Origin: Vicugna vicugna
Lineage: Eukaryota
NCBI GenBank assembly: GCA_013265495.1
Contig: MU058017.1
Span: forward strand, 62,001-126,000
Direction of reading: 5' to 3'
Length of the DNA: 64,000 bases
Shown here: one piece after another, positions 53,270 through 64,000 of the stretch
Layout: each line of letters opens with the position of its first letter
How positions within the stretch are numbered: position 1 is the first letter of the stretch
The notes under the pieces: model-generated
What the model saw: only the letters and a program-made list of their open reading frames with translations
Database searches by the model: none
Told to the model about the DNA's origin: nothing
Translations under genes and position numbers: made by a program

Positions 53270-53515
53270 CAACCTCTAGTGGCAGACGCCAAATTTGGCT
53301 GCAATACCTCAATGCCACAAACAACACCATTCCTCTATAGACCTGTGTGAGCCTTTTTCTGGGGCATACACCTAGATGTGGAATTCCTGGGCCACACATT
53401 AAAGCTATACTTTGTAACTGAGTTCTGCTCACTAGCATGGCCTACAGGCAATCTACTTGTACAGAAAGGTTCCTACTTTAATCCCACACAGCCTCCAGCA
53501 CTTGGTACTCTCAGA
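53270..53515 (-). mobile_element. Very old L1 fragment
   Basis: TTTCTGGGGCATACACCTAGATGTGGAATTCCTGGG...CCACACAGCCTCCAGCACTTGGTA. Confidence 0.6.
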
Positions 53516-54959
53516 AGAACATGTTATTTTAAAATAACATTCACCTCTATTAAGTTCAAAATCTAATAAAGAGAGAGATGGTCCAAAGAGGGTCATTTCA
53601 TAAATGAAACCCTGGCTTGATCCCTTCACTCTGAGAGACTGAAAACAGTACAGAGATGTGCTTTGTGTGTCCACTAAAGGAGAGGATGCTGCATGCCCTC
53701 CATTTGGAAGGATAGTCAGTTCTCTCATTTAATGGGAAGACTTGAAGCTTTCTTTTGTAACCACTGTGGACTACAAAAATATTTTTCACATGAGTGAGAT
53801 GAGCACAAGTGCCTTGGGCCCACGGTCAGCCTGCCAAGGACAAAATGAGGACACCAGAGTTTCACCTCAGGGCACAGACCTGACAAGACTACAAGGCAAG
53901 GAGGGCAAAGAAGACACAGACAGTCTATGACTTCAGGACTCACAGGACAGTGGGGAAGACAGAAGGCAAACAGTAATTACCGAGGATACTTGTGAGTCTG
54001 AGAATTAAGTACTCTCACTGAAGTGGACCTTTGAATCATCTGGACCTCAGAGCCTGGTTACATCTGATCCGTACTTCTTGAGTCCTTATCACCTAATTTA
54101 GAATTTGTCTGGCATGTCCAGATCCATCTTTTTGGCCAGAAAATTATTCAAAGATTAATGGTCCTGAGAGAAATAATGTTCTTCACGCTAGATTTCTGAG
54201 GAGCTACTCAATCTCTTTCTTAATTCGGCAGTGAGAATGACGGGCTGGAACAAAAGTAATTTTGACAGGAATTGTCCTCATCTGTTATTTTTCCTAAATC
54301 TCGAGAGGATTTGGTGGGCTCTTGAACTTTCCCCTTGAGCTAAGTAGTTGGAAAGTATTTTGACTCCTGGCAACTTACCCAGTAGTTTGATAAATGTGAC
54401 TTAGCTACCTTAGTTCTGGCTTGTGGAAAACAGCAGAATTTTCTATGGTCATTTTGAACACTGTTACAAAAGAGGAATCTTTTCTTTCCTATGGGTGGGC
54501 TCTGTAGACAGGAAGGATTGTGAAGGAAAAATTATATGGTAATAACAAATCTGATTGACTCCTGGGATTTTAAATATGACAAGCTAGTGCTTTTCTCTCC
54601 ACATTGTCGATTACATGGTGTTTAGAAGTAACTGCTAGGTTTTCTTTTAAATCTATTAGAAAATATTGGTGTGTGATTTTCTGTTGATATGACACATGGA
54701 ATAAATTTTAGCAAAAGGGCTGCTGTCTCCCTACATGATATGTGGGTTATTATCTGTGTTAAACAAAAAAATACGGAGCTTTTTATTTTACTTTGTAGAA
54801 CTGAAAGTCTACAAGAGGATGTATTGAGATTAAGAGAAATCTAGCATTCTCTTTTTCCACAGTCATCTTAATGGCTAATATAATCGTGCCAATTATGAAG
54901 CTGAGAGGATCCAGTAATGATACCGTTTGTTGGGTGCTTACTTCACCTTAGGCACTGCA

Positions 54960-55420
54960 TCATTTGCTCATTTCTTTATACATTTAACAAATACCTATTG
55001 AGTGCTTAATATATGACAGGTACTCTGCTAAATACTGAGGCTATAATGAAAAGACTTAGTCCCTAACCAATGAGGAAGACAGAACCCAAACAGAAAAGAA
55101 GCAGATAATCATAAGAAAACATTTTGAATGTTAAAGAACAGGGCATTATGAGACAACAGAAGGATAATCAGGCTAAGGAACATGAAGACAGAGGAAAATT
55201 ATGTTTAAGCTGAGACCTGAAGGATGAATCCAGGAGAAGAGAGAAAAGAGGAGTGATTTATAGATATTGAGAACAACCTTTAGGAAGATTACAGCCAAAT
55301 GAAAGATTAGATCATATTCAAGGAACTGGAATGAGTCCTGGTTTCCTTGAGCTGGTGTGCAATGAGAGGAGGTTGTATGCAGTGGCCATATTATGATGGT
55401 CTTCTTAAAGTACATTTGGG
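54960..55420 (-). mobile_element. L2 fragment
   Basis: CATTTAACAAATACCTATTGAGTGCTTAATATATGACAGG...TTTAAGCTGAGACCTGAAGGATGA. Confidence 0.85.
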
Positions 55421-56865
55421 ACTTCAGAATTTAACCTAAATCACGTAAGTAGTAGTACCTTCATTTAATAGATAAGAAAATTGGCTTTGAGAGGTTAAAT
55501 ATGCTCCTATTATCCAGTAAGTAATTGCTCAAGCCAGATTTTTAAACAAGTAATGCCTCCCTCCAAAATCTATGACTGCTACCTGTTAATTTATGGCCTC
55601 TCTTCTAATTTACATAAACTTAGCCACTGAGTGGCCATATCCTGACCAAGTGTTATATTCTGAGAAACTGTGACCCAACATTCTAACATGAATTTTTAAA
55701 GATTAAGTATACATTACTGTCACTCAAGAAAATTTCAGGGTGGGAGGAGTTTCTAATCATATACCAAGATAAGGATTTATATCCCTTTTTCTACCTCTTT
55801 TGGTCTCAGTAACCCCCATGCTTTTAAGTTTTTCCCCAAGTCTCTCCTTTTCTTGGGTTCTAAATACAATTGCTCTAAGCTTTGTCCACACTCCTTCATT
55901 CCTCACCCTGATTGTAACCTTCATTTTTTCCTGCTCATAACTCTCTGCCCATCCCACTGTAAAGTCGGCTATCATCTACAGATGCTCCAGTTCTTTCCTC
56001 TCTCCTTCCTCCAACTGGCAGAGACAATTAAATTAGAGGACCTCTCCCTGGCGATTCCTGTTGGAGGGGACAATCACCAAAATGATCTTGGCTGAGAAGA
56101 ATGCAGATGAATCTTAAGCCTTATATCCTAATGAATGAGGTGTATGTATGGAGTATAACTGAGAGCCCAGGGTCCTAGAAAAAGGGCTTCTTCTCTGCAA
56201 ATACAAAACACCAATTCTCCATGTATCCTGGAGTGGGAATCATAATGAAGGTCTGGCCAGCCATTAAGAAATCTTTTGGAGTAGGGGGAAATATGGCTTG
56301 CTATGTGCAGCTCTGGGAAAAGCAAGCCATTTCCTTAACACCACTGCCCCAGAGAGAAATTGCAAGCCATTCTCACTTTAACTAAATTAGAAAAAGGCTT
56401 CCTCTGAAATGACTCAAAAGAGAAGCTTCAGTTTCCCAAACATATCACCATGAATTACCTGCAGAAAAACTCCTTATGCCTTCATTTACTGTCCCACCCA
56501 CACCTATTGATAAGAGCAGGTAAACAGAGTCATTTATGGGGACTTGATTGCTTGTGGGAAGAAGGTGGCATCAAATAAACAGAATGGTGGAAGCATAACT
56601 AATGGCGGAAACAGAAGGAAACTCTAATCAAAATCTTACTAAAGACATGAATTACAGCATACACACATGAAGAGTTTTTGGACCAAAAAACAACTTAAAA
56701 ATTAATTAGATAAATTTAAAATAAGTTGGCTATCACTAAAAATTAAGTTGTGTAATTTAAAATATACATCACAAAATACTGAGAAAGGAAAATCATAGGT
56801 AAAAACATAAGAGATATAAAGAAGAAATAGAAATAGACTTGGTAAAAGTAATAATCAAAGAAATA

Positions 56866-56980
56866 CTAGAATGTAAACTCCATGAGGACAGGAATCTTGT
56901 GCTTCTTTAGCATTACCAATACTTAAAATGGTGCCAAAACCCATAGTCAGTACTCAGTGAATAAATGAAAGAATAAATAA
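56866..56980 (+). mobile_element. L2a 3' terminus
   Basis: CTAGAATGTAAACTCCATGAGGACAGGAATCTTGT...TACTCAGTGAATAAATGAA. Confidence 0.85.
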
Positions 56981-57096
56981 AGAAAAATTAACCTAAGCTG
57001 AAGATTAAAGAGGTACACTACTAGATGAGGTAGAGCTGTTTTTCTCTGCTCCTCTGCAGTAGACATGAAGTGGAACTGGCAAAAGAGACTCAGCCT

Positions 57097-57321
57097 AATT
57101 AGGAGTTTGGGATTAACATATACACATTACTATATATAGATAAACAAGGACCCACTGTATAGCACAGGGAACCATATTTAATATCTTATAATAATATATA
57201 ATAAAAAAGAATCTGAAAAAGAACATATATATGTATAATTGAATCACTTTGCTGTACATCTGAAACTAACACCACATTATAAATCAACTCTATTTCAATT
57301 AAAAAAAAGAAAAAAAGAGAG
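57097..57321 (+). mobile_element. L1 3' terminus (artiodactyl-type) with 13-bp TSD, nested in older L1
   Basis: AGGAGTTTGGGATTAACATATACAC...GAATCACTTTGCTGTACATCTGAAAC, A tail; TSD AGAGACTCAGCCT at 57084-57096 and 57322-57334. Confidence 0.93.
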
Positions 57322-57759
57322 AGAGACTCAGCCTGGTCTGGGAAGCTCATTCTCCCAGACACCTGAAAATCTCTTATCCCTTCCCAGAGATATCAGGACA
57401 ACCAGGAGGTATCAGCCCTCATCTACTGAGAGACATTCAGCAGATTTATTTAGGGACATTCCTTCTCCACCTTTAGGCAACACTAGTAGGAGCAACACAT
57501 GCTCTAGCATCACAAAGTAGACCAAAATGACACCACAAAGGCTCTAAATAAAAAAATACCATTGGAGTTACAGACAGAAAGAACACCAAACCTCATGTGA
57601 TAAACAGAACAGGATACCGCTTGTAAAAATAAAAGATTTAAATAAAATCCTGTGTCCCCTAATATAGTAGACAAAAAAATGTCAAGAACAGAAAATCACC
57701 CACCAAACTGCGAACCAAGAAAACTGCAACTTAAACAAGAAAAGACAATCAATTGAAAC

Positions 57760-57760
<1 letters not shown>

Positions 57761-57839
<79 letters not shown>
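57761..57839 (+). repeat. Poly(A) tract A47-G-A31
   Basis: Directly visible. Confidence 0.97.
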
Positions 57840-57844
<5 letters not shown>

Positions 57845-59285
57845 CAATGTTGGAATTATCTGACAACAATCATTTAAAATTTTCATAAAAAGGCTCAAAA
57901 AATCAACTACAAATTTTCTTAAAACAAAATTTTAAAAATAGTAAATATTAGCAAAGAGAAGTTATAAAAAATAAAGTAGAAATTATAGGGCTGAAAAATG
58001 CCATAACAAAAATAAATACTCACTGAATGGACTCAAAAATAGAGTGGTGATGATAGAAGATAGACCCGATGAACCTGAGGACAAAGCAATAGATTGGTTG
58101 TTTACCTAATCTGAAAAGCAGAGAGAAAACAGACCAAAAGAAATGCACAGAGTCTGAGGGACCTGGGAGACAATAAGAAAAATCAACACTTATATCACTG
58201 GTGTTCCAGAAGAAGAGGAAGAAAGTGGGACTGAAAGTGTATTTGAATAAATAATGCCTGACTATTTTCCAAATTTGGTGAAAGACATAAATCTATAGTT
58301 TCAAAAAGTTGAGCAAACCCCCTAGAAGTATAAACTCTATGAATTCCACCCCAAGATATATCAAAAACTTTTGAAAACTAATCACAAATTTTAAAAAATC
58401 TTGGAAGCAACTGGACAGAAACTGCACATTATCTATAGTGGAATCTCAATTCAAAGTGGATTTCTCATTGGAAATCAGGAGGCCATTTGGCTGTGACACA
58501 ATATTTTTCAAGTGCTAAAAGAAAAAAAAATCCATTGTGAATTCTATAGCTTTAGAAATTATTATTCAGGGATTAAGGGGAAATAAAAAGCATTCTCAAC
58601 TGAGAGAAAAGTAAAAGAATTTGTTACTAGCAAACCTACTGATTAGCTAAAAGAAGTTCTTCAAACAGAAGAGAAATAATCAATTGAAAGAAAAAAGAAA
58701 AAAGAAAAAGCAGAGAGGGAGAAAATATAAGGGTACCGTGGTTTTTTCAGTCAGCGTAATTCCTTGAAGAGTCATCTAAGTTGTTTATATCAATTGTCCA
58801 TTCCTTCTTATCCCTGAGTGGTATTTTATGGTAGGTATATACCAGAGTTTGTTGAACCATTTGCCTGTAGAAATAAGGATAGATTAGTGATTACCAGGAG
58901 TCAGGATTGAGAGGGAAGTTGAGACAAGAGGGTTGAAGGTATGGTTATAAAAAGACAAGAGGAGGGGATTCTTGTGATGTTGAAACTGCTCAGTACCTTG
59001 ATTGAGGAACACATGAACCTGCACATGTGACTTAATTGTATAGAAATTAATACAAACTAACACATACATACACACACAAATTAGTAGAAGTAAAACCGGG
59101 AAAGCTGAATAAAACTGGTGCATTATATCAATGCCAATGTTGTAACATACTATTTCTGCAAAATGCAAAATTGGGGAAAATTTGGCAAAGTACGCACTAC
59201 ATCTCTCTCTATAGTCCTTTACAACTGCATGTAAATCTACAATCATATCAATTAAAAATCTCAATTAAACAAAAAGGTCAACTAC

Positions 59286-59415
59286 TGCGGTAGCCTGCCT
59301 CCAAGGTGGCTCCTATGGAGTCTACTCCTGGTATTTATCCATGTAGAGCTCATAAAAGACACTGAGGATTCCACCTTACTTTCCTCTGGATCATGCACTT
59401 CTGGGAAGCCACACA
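59286..59415 (+). mobile_element. MaLR LTR fragment (MLT1F-like)
   Basis: TGCGGTAGCCTGCCTCCAAGGTGGCTCC...CTCCTGGTATTTAT...CTGGGAAGCCA. Confidence 0.65.
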
Positions 59416-60299
59416 TCAAGCTTCAGATTTCCTATCTACTACACCAGAAGACAGAGAGAGAGTTACAGATTTGTTAACAAGACAAAAAATCAATTGTAAA
59501 GATTCTTATCTTTTCCCAAGATATCCTTCATTATCGGATCTCACGAGGATTAAAAAATTACATGCCCTCTCTCTATGTATTCTGGCTGAAGCAATTACTT
59601 GAGAAAGCACCATAACCAAGAAAATGATGTGTTTACTCTGTTGATAGAACAAACGTTTATTAGAAGATAATTGGGATCAATGAATTTGGTAGTAGTCATA
59701 ATGAAATCTGAGTAAGTGGTTTTAATGTATTTGAAAATCATAATGCAGGTAATAAGCAAGAATTTATGCAATAAAACATTCTTTGAAGGAAAAATACATT
59801 AACAAGGAAGCAATATTACTTCAGGAAACCCAGGAGCTGGAAGACAGGTGAAGGGTTTATTTGGAAAGTAAAACCATCCTAAAAGTCTGATTTCCATGAG
59901 GATGATGGGCAAGACTGGCCAAATAAATAGTGATTAGGGATCATAACATTACTTAATTTTGATACGCTCTGTAGATGTAACTATTGCAAATAACCTACTA
60001 AAGATAAGAAAGCAACCACTAGTAAATCACTAGTCATACTTCCCAATTCAGAGGGAGAGAAAAGGAACATTTGAAAAAGAATCTGAGAACGTATTTGCTT
60101 TAGATTTCACAGCAAGGCAGAGATTAAGTGTCTACACTCGGTCCATCTGGCTCCAAAACCCACGTATTTTTACACTATTAATTGGCTCTATTTATGATCC
60201 CAACAGGTCTATACTGAGGACATTCCAAGGTAACAAGCATGTATCTTATGTATTCATTATTTCTAAGATCAGAAAACAAAGCAAATGCTAACAACTTAC

Positions 60300-60335
60300 C
60301 CTGGGAGCTTCAATCGGCACAGCAGAATAGTAGGA
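60300..60335 (-). other. Candidate 36-nt micro-exon of an unidentified - strand gene
   Basis: ttcctttattcttgttgcttcacag|TCCTACTATTCTGCTGTGCCGATTGAAGCTCCCAGG|gtaagt; length divisible by 3; open as SYYSAVPIEAPR (phase 0) or PTILLCRLKLP (phase 2). Confidence 0.45.
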
Positions 60336-60360
60336 CTGTGAAGCAACAAGAATAAAGGAA

Positions 60361-60518
60361 GAAGAGAGGGGACAGCATAGCTCAAGTGGTACAGCGCAAC
60401 CTCAGCGTGCACTAGGTCCTGGCTTCACTCCCCAGCACCTCCATTTTAAAAAAATTAAATAAATGAACCTAATTAACTCTCCCCCAGAAAATAAACAAAT
60501 AAAACCCAAATATCTCAG
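60361..60518 (+). mobile_element. tRNA-derived SINE (camelid Vic-1-like) with 13-bp TSD
   Basis: A box TAGCTCAAGTGG (60378-60389), degenerate B box GGCTTCACTCCC (60421-60432), tail AAATAAATGAACCTAATTAACTCTCCCCC; TSD AAGAATAAAGGAA at 60348-60360 and 60519-60531. Confidence 0.9.
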
Positions 60519-61369
60519 AAGAATAAAGGAAACAGAAAGAAATGGTAATTATATTTCATGGTAATAGTCACTGATAAAAAAATGGATTAGATATGAGGAA
60601 ATGACATTTGATTCATTCAGTGACCACCCAGGAGACCAAGGAGGCAGCGACTCAGAGAACTTCTGATGTTCAGTAATACTCCAGACCTTGGGCCCTTTGA
60701 TACTTGCTGTTTATTTTTTTTCACATCATCCTTATTTATGTTGCTAATAAACTAACAGCTATATGGCAGTTCTAAAGAAAGGATCTATTTCTTAAAACAT
60801 CATATTCAAATATTTTTAGCACTAGCTAGTAAGGAACTCTGCCACAAATGAAACTGAAACTCTGAGAGCAGAATGGGTGAGTAAATTAGCTTTGAAAACA
60901 CTTTTAAAGAAAAATTCTCTTCTTTAATTAAAATTTTATTTTTGGAAAAATTGTATCCCTCTTTCAGAAGAATAGCACCTCTTTTAGGATGTTTCTAAAT
61001 GTTCTGTGACAGAAGTATCCTTTTCCCTCAGACAGTGCAGTATTGGTTCTTTCCCTAAATGGTGCCAAGTGCTGTGAGTGAGGTTTCATGAAAAAGACAG
61101 TATTTGAACCAGGAGCATTTGAACCAAGAAGAAGCACCAATGCTTGATATTACAACTGAAGCTACAGGTCCATGAAACCCTGAATTATGTCTGTCCTGCG
61201 GTGTGTGAGGCTATCACCTTGAAGTTTCTGAGAGAAGTCTCATGATGAGATCTGGACCTTTATATTCCAAAGCAGTCAGAACATTTTTTTTTTTAATGAT
61301 AAGTCTTGAGAACAATACTAAAAGATTGAAAAAGCTAGAGGCACTAGATAACAGGAAAAGATGAAAGAC

Positions 61370-61733
61370 CCAGTTAAAATGGCTGAGCCAAATAATGAGT
61401 AAGGAGAAATAATAACCATCTGCAAATATTTGAGAGAATTACAGAACAAGAAGGGGAGAGGAATTTCTTTGAGTTATCCAAAGGGGTAAACTAAAAGAAA
61501 CAGGATTAAATTGAGCAAAGAAAAATGTAGGCAGAGAATAAGGGAGAAAATGACCACGTAATGGGATCTGTTAGTCTGTGGAAGAACCATTCATGGGAAG
61601 TGGCGGAAACCCCCTCACCTGAATCATTTTCAGCTAAGTAGAAAAATTGCTCTATTAAAGAGGACTATCCAACCCTGGAAGAAGAGGGATTTGATGAGCA
61701 ATATGTCTTTTCCATCTTTAATTTCTATAGTTT
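61370..61733 (+). mobile_element. CR1-type LINE 3' fragment
   Basis: ATAACCATCTGCAAATATTTGAG...GGATTAAATTGAGCAAAGAAAAATGTAGGC...GGGAAGTGGCGGAAACCCCCTCACCTGA...TTCCATCTTTAATTTCTAT. Confidence 0.7.
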
Positions 61734-62599
61734 TGGAAAAGAAAGAAAGAAGAGGAAAACTAAAAAGGGGAACAACCTGGTAGAGTATCTTGGAGAAAAA
61801 AAAATTTAATCTAGAAACCACAGAATCACAATGATGAGCAAAGGAACAAATGAGAGACACAACCCACTAAAACACACCAGTTTCAATAAACTGGTAAAAA
61901 TTTAAATCAAGGCCAAAGAGGCAATAACTTCAAATAGACATTGGATATTTATTTTATGACTTTTGTTTTCTATGCACAATAAAATATCAGACTCGTCTTG
62001 ACATTTCTCTTAAGCAACTGAAGGACTGTCATAATTATCCTTGAGTTAGACGAACACAGCTGTGTTTCTCTAAAACCTCAGCAAGCCTAGATCCTTCAGA
62101 ATGATCTGGGTGATTAAATCAATCATCTGTGGTGCCTGGACACCAGAAATACTGGTTAAGCAAAGAGCTAGGCTGATTATAATTAAATAATATATAATTA
62201 AATCATTAAATATCGTAGAAATTCTATAAACACATATTGATCATTGACTATAGGTAAAGTACAAGTCAAATGATGTCAGGAATACAAAGGTGCATAAAAT
62301 GTGGCTATTTTTCTCCTTGAGCTTTGAGTCTACTGGACTGGGAAAGGCAGAGAGACTGGGAAACATCACAGATCTTTGGGTCACTAAGCACCAAGGCTCC
62401 TTCTTGGACTGTCTCCTTCTCACTCCTGCTCAAAGTCTCAGAGACTCAGTCTGATTTTCTTTTCTCCTAGTAGCTGTTTCTGTCCACTCCATCCCCTCTC
62501 CATAAATCCAGCTTCCCCATTTCTTACTGCCATAAAGAAAAGGAGTCAATCCCTTTTCATTTTTCATATTTAATCAGTACTAGGTTATTAACAGGAACC

Positions 62600-62806
62600 C
62601 ATAATAACAACCAATATTTACTGTGCACTTATTCTATGCCAGGTAGTGTGCTGAGTCCTTAAAATGCACTATTTATTTTAATCCATGTCAAGATCCTATG
62701 ACCTGAGTAATTGTCCACAGATTATTAAATTTAGGCTAAGGGATGTCTAAAATTTGTCCAAGTTCAAACAGGAAGGAAGTAATGGAGCTATGTTATGAGT
62801 CCATGT
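62600..62806 (-). mobile_element. MIR SINE interrupted by the MLT1A LTR (resumes ~63167-63200)
   Basis: ATTTACTGTGCACTTATTCTATGCCAGG...TTTGTCCAAGTTCAAACAG...ATGAGTCCATGT | TGTCTCACTCCACAGCC. Confidence 0.75.
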
Positions 62807-63166
62807 TGCTAGGGACTAAATTATGTGTCCCCAAATCCATATTAAAGATTTAATCCCCAATGTGACTCAATTTGGAGACAGGACCTTTAGGGAGATAATT
62901 AAGGTTAAGTGAGGTCATAACAGTGGGCCCTAATGTGATAGAATTTGTGACATTAGAAAAAAAAGAAAAAGACACCAAGAGATGTCTCTCTCTCAGCAGG
63001 CAGAAAGGAAATGCAATGTGAGAACAACTGAGAAGGGGGCCATCAACAAGCCAGGAGGACAGGCCTCACCAGAAACCAACCCTGAAGCATCTTGATCTTA
63101 GAGTCTCTGTGTTTAAGCCACCTAGCCTGTGGCATTTTATTATGGCACCCTGAGCTGACTAATAGA
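62807..63166 (+). mobile_element. MaLR solo LTR (MLT1A-like)
   Basis: TGCTAGGGACTAAATTATGTGTCCCC...GGACCTTTAGGGAGATAATTAAGGTTAAGTGAGGTCATAA...TTTAAGCCACCTAGCCTGTGGCATTTT. Confidence 0.92.
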
Positions 63167-64000
63167 TGTCTCACTCCACAGCCTTTTCTTTAAACCACTC
63201 CTCTATTCTACGCATTTTTATTCACTAAGTTTCTGCAGACATGCTGCTGTTCTGCAAAGAAAAGTCAAAGCACAAGAATATTAATTTCTTAGATGAAGAT
63301 GAGTTCCCACTTAAAACACTTTTCTCTATTTTATAATTGCATTAATCCCTTGCCCATTTTATGAAGCTATCTTATCAGTTCATGGGTGATTATTCAGTCT
63401 TGTAAGCTTAAGAAAAAGGTGCTGAAGAATCATAGGTAATGCTTTTGACAAATAACAACCTGGAAGAGTTAGTACAGTTTAAAGTTGATGAAAATAAAGG
63501 TAAGAATGGTACCAGAATTTATACTCTAAAAGGAAATGGTTTTGAATAACAAATTGAAAAGGCCATTGGGAAAACCTGATGAAGCTTCGTATTTCTTTGC
63601 AAAAACGACAATTTCATGTTCTATAAATGTCAAATGTAGAACTAAGGATGCCATAACATTCTAACAAATGGCTTTGCCTGATTTACCCACAAAAAAGAGA
63701 AATTGATTTACACTTTGTTTCTTCCTAATATTAGCACATGGTTGAAGAACATTTCATTTAATAACCTAATTATATTACTTGGTTTAATAAATATACTTTT
63801 ATAATTTTTAGGTTCATTTTTCAATAAAAACTTCAACAAATCTTTTATGCACTGTTCAATATGAAATTTTGGTCCCTATTGAAGTGAATTCACTTTGGTC
63901 TTTTAACAGAACTAAGTTATAAAGTTTATAAAACTTAAATAACAAAAGTTACTTCATTTCTAGTTTTCCATTTACTTCTTAGATAATAAAGGGAAGCTTC

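Larger units (their letters stand above)
57023..59271 (+). mobile_element. Old L1 (L1MD-like): 5'/ORF1 remnant, inverted segment 58737-58872, and 3'UTR
   Basis: ORF1 remnants (TGTTGGAATTATCTGAC, GGGACCTGGGAGACAATA, TTCCAAATTTGGTGAAAGACATAAATCTA); 3'UTR ending ACAACTGCATGTAAATCTACAAT; possible degraded TSD at 57007-57022 / 59271-59286. Confidence 0.75.

Noticed and set aside
60368..60442. tRNA gene
   Set aside because: The tRNA-like head has a degenerate B box, an AT-rich SINE tail and a 13-bp TSD, so it is a SINE.
1..64000. The many 60-140 aa ORFs in the six-frame track as genes
   Set aside because: They are short, often start at non-ATG codons, frequently lie antisense within repeats and show no recognisable domains; this is the expected background in mammalian non-coding DNA.
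1..64000. CRISPR array, operon or prokaryotic/viral defence system
   Set aside because: No regularly spaced repeat-spacer array and no dense ORF organisation; the sequence is clearly mammalian repeat-rich DNA.

Overview
AT-rich, CpG-depleted mammalian DNA. It is probably camelid: there is a tRNA-derived SINE at 60361-60518 resembling camelid Vic-1, plus young L1 3' ends of one lineage-specific type. A large fraction is interspersed repeat: L1 of several ages, L2, MIR, CR1/L3, MaLR and ERVL solo LTRs, and hAT/Tigger MITEs, often nested, several with visible target-site duplications (TSDs). I recognise no host protein-coding gene, RNA gene, CRISPR array or prokaryotic system. The only recognisable ORFs are L1 ORF2 C-terminal remnants. 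L1s and LTRs mostly lie on the + strand, and several well-bounded exon-like segments lie on the - strand, so the window may be intronic in a - strand transcription unit (inference). The best leads are: (1) a 36-nt candidate micro-exon at 60300-60335 (-) whose polypyrimidine tract received the SINE; (2) a possible spliced ~110-codon ORF at 49006-42392 (-); (3) two successive L1 insertions into the same target site near 2.5-4 kb. Repeat family names come from recalled consensus motifs, not a database search. Boundaries of old elements are approximate. I did not find a convincing novel biological system.
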